In this document: piece after piece, positions 9,763 to 21,300 of the stretch
Layout of the letters: every line of letters begins with the position of its first letter
How positions within the stretch are numbered: the stretch's first letter is position 1
DNA from: Dimargaris cristalligena
Taxonomy: Eukaryota
NCBI GenBank assembly: GCA_003614675.1
Contig: ML002359.1
Location: forward strand, 1-38,428
Direction of reading: 5' to 3'
Length of the DNA stretch: 38,428 bases
The notes under the pieces: model-generated
Databases searched by the model: none
What the model was told of the DNA's origin: nothing
Seen by the model: only the letters and a program-made list of their open reading frames with translations
Translations under genes and position numbers: made by a program

Positions 9763-10406
9763 CCTTCACTCTCTACGTTTTAGTTATCTCTGGAATAGGC
9801 TGACTAGATCTGTTGGTAGCCTGGCGTGATTTGGGACTTGGCTTATTTTCCTCGTCTTTCGTACCTTACACTTGGCCCCTCCCACTCTCCACAAGTGTAT
9901 CCCATCCCCCTCTCCACCCGTATAGTACTTTGTCTTTCATCGTCCCCTTTTCGTTCCATTTGCACTTTCCCCTACTTTCATTTGAATAATAGTTTGTTTA
10001 AATAATACATCTTATATACGAATATGGGAGTCGTAAAAGCCGGATTCTTCTTGCAATGTGTTCCCTTCCTGATGCTGGCGTCGGTTGTTCAAATACGACT
10101 GTTTGGTCATTTGCATACCACTTCAAAAAGAAACTTAGATACTATGATGGGCTATTAAGAAGTGCAAGCTGGAACAAAGGCTTCCAATAAAATGCCATAC
10201 ATTGGACTATGTTAATATGTGGGGGAGGGGGTATATTAAGTCGTAGCGTAAGGACAGGTTTAACTTGAAAAACCCGCCACACTACTATCCACTTCGCTAA
10301 TTTCCCCTTTCTAAAATCCCCGAATCGCGCCTAATAACCGGTGAGTGGATTGCGCAGTCATCTCCGTTCCCAATCCAACGAACGAGCGATCCCTCTCCTC
10401 CCCAAC

Positions 10407-12519
10407 ATGTCCGCGATCAAACCACTCCGCCTAAACCCCCACCATCTCCAGCAATTGTTCCAGGGGCGCCACCGCCTGTGGGAACCGGTCATTGGCCTAG
10501 AGTTGCATTGCCAGTTACACATTTTCGGGAAACTCTTCTCCCCGGAGAGCCGTCGGACCTCCCCAGTCGGTAACAGCAGCAGTAGCAGTAGTGGCGTGGA
10601 GCCGTTCGCCCCTAATCGCCAGGTGACCCTCGTGGATGCGGCCTTCCCGGGAGTTCTGCCCCGCCTGAATGCGGACGGTCTGGCCAAGGCCGTGCAGGCC
10701 GTAACGGCCCTGGGTGGCCAAGTCCAAACCGTGAGTCGGTTCGACCGCAAACAATACTTTTACCCCGATTTACCCACCGGGTACCAAATTACCCAGCGGG
10801 GTCAACCCATTGGTTTAGGGGGTCGGGTGGCGTGGAGTCAGTGGGATCTACTGGCCCACCAAACCGAAGACCGCGCTACGTTATTAGAAGCCGATACCCC
10901 TGAACCAGCTGGAATGCCCAGCCCAACTTCAACTACGACAGCAACAGCGGCCCAACTGCTCGAACCTGTCCGGGGTATTCGGATCGAGCAAATTCAACTC
11001 GAACAGGACACCGCCAAGAGTATCCACGGGGCCGTGGAGGGTGCCGATCTCATTGATTATAACCGAGCCGGCGTGGCCCTGATTGAAATTGTTCTGGCCC
11101 CCGATATTCGGTCGGCCCGGGAGGCCGTGGTCGTCATTCGTAAACTGCAGGAACTGTTACGCGCCGCCGGGATATCCGAAGCCCGGATGGACGAAGGATC
11201 ATTGCGTTGTGACGTCAATGTGTCCGTCCGACCCGCAGCTGCCCCGGCCACCGATTCGACCTCGTCCCCAACCGGTACCACAACCCCCATGGAGGTGGAG
11301 GAGGACCGCAAGGGGGGCATTCGCGTTGAACTCAAGAATCTCAATAGTCTCAAACTAATCTACCACGCCATTCAAGCCGAAATTACCCGCCATATCACTA
11401 TTCTGGAATCCGATCCTGCGTCCGCTCCGGCGGGCCAGACGGAACAGCGATTGCAACAGGAAACGCGTGGGTTCGACCCGGTGCGACGCAGCACGTTTCG
11501 GTTGCGATCAAAAGAAGACGCGCCGGATTACCGGTACATGCCCGACACGGATGTGCCGGTCGTGCGCTTGACGCCGGCTTATGTGGCCCACACGACAGCC
11601 GCTATACCGGAATTACCCGACGCGCGCCGGCGGCGTTTGCACACGGAATACGGATTAGGGCTCGCTGACTGCCATGGGCTCATGAGCCAATCTGGAGCGG
11701 TCGCTTTTTTCGAAAAAGTGCAACAAGCTACCCAACTGCCGGCTACCCACATCGTGCCCTGGATCACTTCGGTTCTCTACGGTGGGCTCAAACTGAGGAC
11801 ATCGGCTTGGCCGTCTACTTCACCGGTACCATCATCAACGGGCCAGACAGTTGGAGAGGGATTGGATCAGGACATGCGTATCTCTTTTGATACCCACCCT
11901 CCCGTGAGTGTCAAACAATTAGCCTCGATTCTAACGGCCATTGAGCAACGGCTAATTTCAGGGAAAATCGGTAAAGAAATTCTGAGTCTCATGCTCAATG
12001 GAGATACTCGGGATGCGTTTGAGTTGATTGAAGCGAAGGGACTCCGGCAAGTTACGGATAACCAACTCATTCAGACAATGTGTCGCAGTGTAGTTAATAA
12101 TAATCCGGCCGAGGTAAGTTTTTAATTGTATTAGAAATTACATTATATATATCCCTTTTTATTTTATGCAGGTTATATTCTATAGCGTTATTTCCGCTCG
12201 GATATTTCAATCAAATACGATCAAAGGGGAGTTAAATGACTCCTTGGTTTTCCCAAAATGGAGCATGTATTTATCCATACTTACCCGAACCTCACTTTTA
12301 ACCACTCCTATATTTCTGAAATGGCGACTTTGACCATTGCCATGTATGTCATTATTACTGTTGTTTGGCGCGGGTGGGCTTTAGCTTCAGAAATATCGCG
12401 CAGGTAAACAGCGGATATTCGGATGGTTCGTCGGCCAGATTATCAAAGAAACCAAGGGCAAGGCTAGTCCAACGCTGGCCAAAGAAATTCTCCAAAAGTA
12501 CCTCGACCAGCTGAAATAG
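10407..12519 (+). CDS. PET112: Mitochondrial glutamyl-tRNA(Gln) amidotransferase subunit B (GatB/Pet112), about 613 aa; exons 10407-12113 and 12385-12519
   Basis: GatB motifs IGLELHCQL, KLFS, FDRKQYFYPDLPTGYQITQ, IQLEQDTAKS, DYNRAGVALIEIV, EGSLRCDVNVSVR, RVELKNLNS, QETRGFD, RSKEDAPDYRYMPD. Splicing GAG|GTAAGT (12114) to TTAG| (12384) adds the GatB tail LQKYRAGKQRIFGWFVGQIIKETKGKASPTLAKEILQKYLDQLK*. The N-terminus from ATG 10407 is basic and acid-free, consistent with a presequence. Confidence 0.95.
12114..12384 (+). other. Spliceosomal intron of PET112 (271 nt, phase 0)
   Basis: GTAAGT donor and TTAG acceptor; removal restores the conserved GatB C-terminus. Confidence 0.85.
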
Positions 12520-13068
12520 ATTCGAATGGTATGGCCTAGCTTACTAAATGTTCCTAAGTCGATAATGCTAATGCCTGAATCGATGGACTCTCTCCAGTGG
12601 GCTATTAGATAAAAACCCTTCAATTTGCTACCGTTGGTTCAAAACCCCCCATTAACCATTAAAGAGTAGTGGTATCCCATATAGTTAGTTATTTCTGAAT
12701 GGTTGCCCTGCTTAATTTCGTGTAGGGGTTTTTATCATTAGACACCCATGTGAAGGTTGGGGAAATGGGGAACTTTTAGTATACTCTTTCTTCCATCGCC
12801 TACCTATGCAACCAATAAATATTTCCCACCCATAATCCATTTTCTTAAAGCTGGGCGGGGTGAACAGCGTTTCCCCCAAGTCAAGTTGCTGGATTGCATC
12901 CGCCTGATTCAATGAGAGGGACATTCAGCTACCTACAAATTTCAGCTACTTGCAGCTCAAGTTGGATTCCGCGAACCCGTTGCTCCTTTATTCGTGCATT
13001 GCTTAGACTATCCGTTTATTTGTTTATACCCTGTCTCCTCCTTATAGCGTACTATATATATCTCAACG

Positions 13069-14060
13069 ATGGGTAATAGCCAGAGCCAGACCAAAGACGA
13101 GCCCCTCGTGTTTTACGGGTCGAATGTGTCCATGGATGTAAGTAGGCGGCATCCCCCCTCCCCACGGCCAGGCGCTTTTAGGCTTCGAAAAACCCCGACG
13201 GATCGATCCGACTGACGTTGTTAAAAATAAGTTGCTAGCCATGTCCGGGCTACAGATGGTGTTACCCCATGTCAAGCATTTCCCTGTCACCTTTCACTGA
13301 CGACCTCTGTTGGCTATCGATTTGACCTATTCCCCTTAAACCTACTACACAGCTTTCCAAGGATCTCATGTATCATTTGCACTCGGAATCCCAAAAGGTA
13401 AGTGCAGGCTACGAACTCGGCTATCGGATAGGCCCCGGTGAGGTTCTTACGTATCTACGCTCCAGACCGCCCCCGCTTGCTCGCCGAGTTGCCCCAATAC
13501 TCGGGTCTTTATGAGTACGGAATTATTACATACCTTTTTTATAGCGACTTACTACCCGCAACTAACCAACCCTACTCTCCGTAATAATTGGAACGTACCC
13601 TATCTTAATTTTTTAGCAAAAATTTACCCCCTCGCCATCCTCGTCGGATGCTCCCTCCGGCTCCGGCGCCCCAGCTGCGGTCGATGCGGTGCAGATTGAA
13701 AATGTCGTCAACCAACGGGTGGAACAAGCCCTTCACCGCCTCTTTACCGAAAACCCCGAACTAACTCACCCCTCCGCTGGCGACCCGCACCGTTCCCTCC
13801 TGGATCTGGCCCACCGGGAATCCCAACTCACCCACGGTAGCACCGAAGCCGTCGCCCAGGAACTGCGCCAGGCCATTGAGCAGTACCAACCCCATTCCGC
13901 TACCGCGGAACTACCCGCCGCCGTGCAGGAAAGTCGCCGGGCCGTCGTGGCCTGCTACCGGGACCATACCGGGCGCCCATTAGATTGCTGGCAGGAGGTG
14001 GAAAAGTTCAAGCAAAGCGTGCGTGAGGCCCAGGAGGCTAAGTGGAAGCAGGCCCTCTAA
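13069..14060 (+). CDS. MIC19: MICOS complex subunit Mic19 (CHCHD3-like), about 185 aa; exons 13069-13137, 13353-13397, 13617-14060
   Basis: Exon 1 encodes MGNSQSQTKDEPLVFYGSNVSMD, with an MGxxxS N-myristoylation motif. Exon 2 encodes LSKDLMYHLHSESQK. Exon 3 runs QKFTPS...IENVVNQRVEQALHRL...RRAVVACYRDHTGRPLDCWQEVEKFKQSV, with the single Cx10C motif of fungal Mic19. Both introns are GTAAGT..YAG, phase 0, and join in frame. Confidence 0.9.
13138..13352 (+). other. MIC19 intron 1
   Basis: GTAAGT at 13138, ACAG acceptor ending 13352, in-frame join. Confidence 0.8.
13398..13616 (+). other. MIC19 intron 2
   Basis: GTAAGT at 13398, CTTAAT followed by TTTTTAG acceptor ending 13616, in-frame join. 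Confidence 0.8.
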
Positions 14061-15290
14061 GTCGAAGCGAGTTGATTATTTTTATTATTATTTTGTTGAT
14101 GACCAGCCGGCAAGCGATAATAATGGCATTATTGATGATTTGTCTGTGTGGCCACTCTTCGTCTATAAAATGACTATACTTCAAGACGGAGGCCGCGTGA
14201 CCAGACCTTTCGGTTGATAAACCCCGATGTTGTTCTCGTACTCTTCCTGGGTCGTTTTATAATTATTTTCATCCAAAATATAGTATATGAATACACCGTT
14301 GACTGCCCCTGACTATCTGACGAGTAATAGAGGTATTGCGGGGCTGTAGGGTACGTAGGGACTACCTTAGTCGTAGTTATACCGAATCGACTAGAATTCT
14401 GGTTCTACACCCGTTCCTTTGCTTAGAATTCCGTTACAATCTAGAGTAATAGAAACATAACTGGTGTTGTGTATGCAACTGTAAGAAAAGGATTTAGGGG
14501 CCTGATCCAACCTCCGAACCTGTCTGGTCTCATTGGCGATGTGGTTGGGGAATCCGGGCTACTCAAGCTATTTTTATCTGGCCCGATTTGAACAGGAGTG
14601 GAGTATCGCTCGATAAGGATGCTAGAAGGGGGGATAGCCATCGGCAAGGTGATTATATTTAATTGCTAGATGGGCCGCCTCGATCACTCTCAAGATGGAA
14701 TTATTCCATAATCCAGGGGAGAATTCGACTGGGCTATAAAAAGATCCCGTCCCGTTTCCATGCCGAGGTATACCCAAAGTACGAACCTAGTCATATCGTT
14801 TTCTTTTTCATTTCGTGTGGTATTCATTGGTTGTTGTTTTAATTACGTGGTGTATTCTAATTATAGAACCATTTAGGCCATTTAGTACGTTGGCCGGGAT
14901 GTGGGAGTGGTAGGGTGATGGGAAGGGGGGGAGAGTACTGACTGAGACTAACATGCTCGGCTAATATTTAGCGCCAACGTGTAAATCTATGTACATGATA
15001 AGATACAGCCAGCACCTAATCCTTCCTTGACAAATGAAAAGACTGGGGGGTGCTTCTAGAATTATATTATTATTATTTTACAGTCGGCTTAAATCGCCCA
15101 TGGCTCTGATCTCACTTGGAGGTGTTTCATATCACCGAGTGGCGCTTATTCTATTGATACTGCATTATTTAGAGTATCTCTTCTCCTTCTCCTTCACCTC
15201 CCTTCCTCCTATTCCATTAATCACCCTCCCCCTTCCACCACCTTTAATTCTTATTTATATTATTTGGGCACCCTCTTTTATATTCCGCTC

Positions 15291-15308
15291 CACACACACA
15301 CACACACA
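15291..15308 (+). repeat. (CA)9 microsatellite
   Basis: Direct reading. Confidence 0.9.
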
Positions 15309-18300
15309 TCTTCCATTGTCCATCCTGATAAAATAAGAGGTAATGAATAAACCCCTGGGTTGTAGTGTGTGTGGGGTGGTCGTTAATTATTCATCATGGC
15401 CCAGTGGCGGGGGATATCCAATTGGCATTGACATGCATTTCATTATACTGTTAGATAATCCCGGGCACCACCGTTTACCCAGAGTTCTCGAGAAAATAAC
15501 AATCATGCAATATTCCGCGGATTTGCTGATACATCGACTATATTCCCTTTGGTCCGAAAGAACCCTACCTCCCGGGCATAATAGATATGTTTTCGCGAAT
15601 ACGCGGAGTCCCGGCTAGCCACCCATCCCTAAGATGGGGAAGGAATGAAAAAGGGAGGGGGGGCAAATGGGAATTTCTGCGGAGAGGTTTCGGTAGACTT
15701 AAAGTGCCCTTAGGTGGCTAGGCGTTCATAATAGAGATGCCCGTACAAGGAAGGGGCGGATGTTCGTACCGGATTTGACACTAACCCCTTCCGCCGGATC
15801 CTTAGAGAGGAATACAAACTCATCTAACTCGAGCACCAAGTGGCGCCGTTCCCCTCCAGGCCCGCGGTTCTCACTGGCTCGGTAGCCTATTCTATTATTA
15901 TTAGCAGCATTATTTTTTATTGTGGTGCTGGGAAGACGGCGATATGAAACACCGCCTGCTTTTCAAACAATATTAACGGATACGCCGCGAAGAAATGTCA
16001 TGAAATACCCCCCCACCCCTCACATCCTACACTGTTATAGAGTGGCTGGGCAGCTGAATGGCATTTCACCCTATTTCCCAATTTGCGGTTGCCCGACAGG
16101 TTGGTTACCGTGGAAATATGCCCGAGAGTTAAGACTTGTCACCCTTCGAGGATTTCCCGTGGTTCAGATACATTTTTCCGTGGCTACAGTTGATCCACCC
16201 ATATTCCGACGGTAATAAACCGCCGACTGTAGTGGGTTTCCCGATGCATCGTTCCCCGGCCAACACAGTCATCTTTTAGGGACATTTCCCCAAAGTTAGT
16301 TGGGGTGGGCATTTTACCTCGGAATATTCTCTATGATGTGTGACCTGCAAATACCCAAATCCATAAGACTAATGGCCGGGGAACACATCTAAACCTCCGA
16401 CTATAGGTAAATAGGCAAATAGGAAAATTGGCCTGTAAACCTGTTCCCCTTCGGTCACGCCGAGATGCGGAATCTAGGTGGTTTACACTTCGACATTTCG
16501 TCAGCTCTATCTCCCCATCGATAAGCTAACTTTCCCCTTGCTAACACCCATTTTGTTTCCCAAGGGCAAGGTTGTCGACAAGACCCTAATCCGGATATGC
16601 TGTTACTTCTATAGTGTATTCCTCAGTAACGTATCTTATTCTCGGCCAGTACCATGGAATGACATACCATAACTTGTTCACTAAGTCATTATTGTTCTAA
16701 CTGTTCATTTGGTTATCAAGTGGGTCTGTCTTTTTTTTAGGCATTCGGGAGCTTGGGCGAATTGGTATTTGGACATAGGGAGTGGCCAACGACAGTGGAT
16801 ACAAATCTTCTTTTGTATATTACTGTACTGACCAACCCTGCTGTGCGGCTATTCCGGTGGTTATACTTAAGTTGGGTATTTTTGTCAATGCAGCTACGCC
16901 ATCGCTCCCCAAGCGTATGCTTCCCCTGTGGTTTACGCCTAGCCCATCCAGATGGCGACCACACCCACCCGACCAAAGGCTTTTCATCACTTAGGTCTAA
17001 ACAAATGGCTATCTCTAGTAGTCTTGTGGTCCCCCTATATTACTATATATATAAATAATAGTAATAAAGAAATGCCATTCTCAAGTCCAGCCTACCTTGC
17101 TGTATCCCGAAACCGTGGCATGTGTGCAACCAATGTATTCAAAACATGGAGAGGTTATTGGTCATAGTACTTTTCTTCTAAAGCAATGCAAGGGTTGAGA
17201 TAGTCATCTAGTGGTCGGATGGGGTTGATAACAAAAAAATAGTATAGGGGTAGAGGTGGGGGGGGGCTACCACAAAGGTGGAAGAACAAGCAGGGGAATG
17301 CCGAATTAATCTGATCAACTATTGGCAGCACAACGAGTGACTGTTCGAGCGAATAATGGACGACAGTGCACGCGCGCTTGGATGGGTATACACCTGAGTG
17401 AGGGTGTCTGTGGGAGGATACAGCGTAGAATTCTATATACCGAAAAGCTAGCTAACGGAACCCGTCGGAAACACCGTGTCACAATCCATTAGCCATGCGG
17501 GAGTAGATATAACGGAGAGACGGCAGAGCGGAAGCAGATGCCTAAAGGGGACTCTATCCTACCTTTTTCCCTGTTCACACCCTGGAAGACAATTTGTACC
17601 AATAGCAGCACTAGTACATGGCATAGGGTTGCTAAAGTAACCTAGTTGGTGTAACCATCACCAACAAAAAAAAATTCAAAGAAATTGAGGATGCGTAAAA
17701 GTGAAAAATTCACGCGATAACGACGGGGCCCAACGAACACCTAAGGCCAATAAACGGCTAAGGAATTCTGCAATTCAAACCCTCCTTTAGAGCGATATTG
17801 GCGGGGATGCTCCCAAGCAGGATGACGCACAATCGGTAGCTAGGAAGTGCGGGATTTCCCCGATAACCATTGCCATCTCCAAGAAAGTCGGGCATTAGTG
17901 TGTGTACGTGTCTGTGTCTGTATGTGTGTGTGCCATTTATTTGCAGCTGAGGGAATATAGTGGCGGGTATGGGCGGAACTTGCGACTAGTAGTCACTTTC
18001 ACGGGGAGTCGTCCAAACTGGGCGAAAACCCCCGACCCGAGAAGATCCCTCCATTACAGCGGCTTGTGAATATCGGAACGGGCGCATTGGCTGGTGAATG
18101 AAATAAACCGCTGGTACTAATTTGATTTGGGACTCCGACTGTATACGATGACTTGAAACTATTGGAATTAGGGCCATTGCTTAGTTTTCTCGCATACGAC
18201 TGGTCGAAACCGCCACAGCCACCCCTACCAACATGCCACTGCGGGGGAGTTACATTGTTAACATTTCTATCTTTTTTTTATTAGTATTGGTTATCGTCGA

Positions 18301-21300
18301 TTGCTATAGTGACACGAACAATGGGGTTGGAAGTTGAAGTCGAGTCGAAAAGGTAATACTAAAAGAAACGGGGGATAGCATAATACAATAGGATTTTCCT
18401 TGGAAAGTCGTCGGGTTTGGGAAGAGGGGGGGTGGTGCATTGGATTATCCCGATATAACAATATAGCCAATGATCGACTTTCCGTATCCCATTTGGCGAC
18501 CGGTGGTTTGGTACACCACCGGCTGCGTATACTCGTTGCGGCCCGCCTACGGTATTTCGCCCATTGGAGGGAAAAAGGTATCTACAAAATAAAAGATAAA
18601 ATAACATGAATAGTTCTTATACACCAATTGGACCTAAACCATGAAGCGAGGAAAGAGGATGGTGTGGTACAGGAAACGGGGTGGTAGGTACAGAGACGAG
18701 TTAGGAGTAACCCCCCCCCCCAATTTAAAGTGGGGGGCTCTACCTCACTGGTCCCTAATCCCCCACCACGGACCCACCCTAATTTTTCTCTTCATCTCTT
18801 TCATATTTCAATCTCCGCAGGTGCTCGGCCCTCGGGCGAGATATCCATTTGGGCCCAAGCCACTTAATACATAACCTGCGGCAGTGCTTAACATGGACGG
18901 CGCCATTGTTAGCCTGGGAAGACGAGAAAGGGGTCGGTTAAACACCTCATTTAGTTTCGCCCCGACCATTGTTGGGGCAGGCTGTGGGTCCTGAGAATCA
19001 CACGGAAGCCCAGATGTACCGTTTCCCATTCATCCGCAGAAGACTTGTAAGCCCTACCCAGAGACCAGGCATTTATCACCACTAGTTAATTGCTTACCAT
19101 GTATTCTCTCGGTTTGCTTTTTTTGCATATGCATACCGAAGAAAATACACATGTACACGTATATGATTCAGTTTTTACATTCAAACTTCAGTTTGGCAGC
19201 CCTTTAACATAAACCAATAAAGACCCATGGTGGGTATTGGCAACCTTTTAGAGTTGGGGCCGTAAAAGTGTCATCGATACCGGTGCACTAAAATAAGTGG
19301 CGAGACACTATTGCTGGCCTTGGCGGGTGAGTGGATTTGAAAAGGGCTCGGATAATTGCAATAGTTCTTTTAATAGACCTTGGTTCTGTAGAGGAAGGTT
19401 GGCGGGGTACTGTCACTCCACACTCGATCAAGATGTTCTTTATAGAAGACCTGCAACCCCCACCACAGCATTTCCCCCTGGTTAATTCTTGACCATTCTT
19501 TCCCCCATAGTGCTTTTCTACATTGAAAAAATCGATTTGATCGGCGATTAAAACCCGACTTACCCGCTTGGCGCATTATTAAGCAAACCCCGCTGCGACT
19601 GAATCCCCCGTCCGAAAAAGATGAAGAAAATAATAATGAATAAATGGTGGGCCGCTGGATAAGGTGAGGGGGAGGAGAAGAAGAGGGAAAACTCGACCTA
19701 TTTGTTCATGGGTGCATGATCAATTCGATGATGCTCAGTCCAGGGCACCTAGTACACTCCCAGGCCGTGCAGACTCGACAGCCAGAAGTACATGGAATAC
19801 CGACGAACCATCCGAGGAAGGCGGAAGAGATGCTCCCAATCTATGCAAGGTCCGGAATAGGGGGAGGGTTTCCGGCGTGTCGGTACAGATACGCTATAGC
19901 GATTGGAAGGATCTACTCTACCGGAAACGGCCCAAGAGGTCAGTCGCCGATGGTATAGCCAAGGTTGTATAGGAGGTGCACCCTTAGATAGCTAGTAACC
20001 ACCTTGATTCCTCGCCCCTATAGCGTTGGTATACCCCTTCACCAAGTTTAGTATGACCCGGTGTGTCATGGCCAGGTTCAAGTGTATCCATTACATGCAC
20101 CTATAGGATTTATAGATACTACTACTTCGGCACAGCCGTTTTAAGGATGTGGCGGTGGCCTAGGCAGGGTAGTCCGGGTAAATGGCATAACAAGGGGAGA
20201 GGTGACAGAGGGATCAGTCGCATTATAGGAACACACCCATGTTGACAAGTGTATATATATATCTAAACCGGTTAAAGGTGGAAATATGTCGATGGGGGTG
20301 TATCATTGAATAAGCAGATCCAAAGACACGAATGAGTGGCACAGATTTCTTCAATAGTGGTGGGGCTTATGCTTCTCAAGGGGTGAGGCCAAACCAGAAT
20401 ATTCCAATTCAACCCAAGAGTCTACTACTGGCGGTAATTCCCAACAAAGTCCGACATGGACAATTACAGATGATGCACCAGGGGGAAAATTAATAATGGG
20501 GGCCACACTGTAGTCTCACCCATCCTCCGCCGATTGCAAACTGCATTGATCCATATGGGGGAACTTCAAACCAGCTGTATAAGGGTTTACATAATACGTG
20601 TATGGGCGAATATATGTGAGAATAGCTTTTCACCAGTAATATTGGCCTCATCCAATGGATTTTTCATTATACAGCCTGAATGAACTTCTCCCATATTGAC
20701 CTATATTGGCCCATTCTTCCCCTCTCTCACTCTCTCCCCCTTGTATAGCGGAGGAGAGGTCGAAGCCTCCCTTTTTTTGGTACCGTTGCTTAATTATTTA
20801 ATTAAAGGAGTTGGGGAGGAAATGTTCCAAAAGACTATTCCTTCCAATCCATTAATTTCTTGGCTCATTTTGGGGGGAGGGTAGGTTATGGGCTACACAA
20901 TGTGATCGAATATTAAGCGCACGGACAGTGACGCGCTGACCATTAGTGTAACTCCAATATAGGGTGTCCATGTTGGGGAGAGGGATGATGTCAGCTAGGT
21001 GATTCCAAAATCCACTATTGGTACATTGATCAACCGATAGTGTACATGATGGAAGGGTTGGGGCTAAGTTCTAGAGAAGAATACCGCACCGTCTGGCCTA
21101 GCCTTCATTTAGTACGAGCCAATTGTACCGTTGAATTGTCTCAACTGAGCCTTATAGTATAGTGTAGGGTTGGGAAGGTGAGGCCACCCACTAGATGCCA
21201 ATGGAGGAGAGAAGAATCCGGCCGTGTTTCAATAACAATTGTGACGAGTCAGTCTGCGGTGTCATAAGCCGATCGGACTGGGCAGAGGAAGAAGGCAGAA

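Noticed and set aside
10358..12070. Antisense and alternate-frame ORFs within PET112 (likewise within the ABC, HAP5 and zinc-finger genes)
   Set aside because: Shadow ORFs of GC-rich coding sequence
12277..12290. ATACTTACC, resembling the U1 snRNA 5' end
   Set aside because: The match ends after 9 nt, with no U1 stem-loops or Sm site
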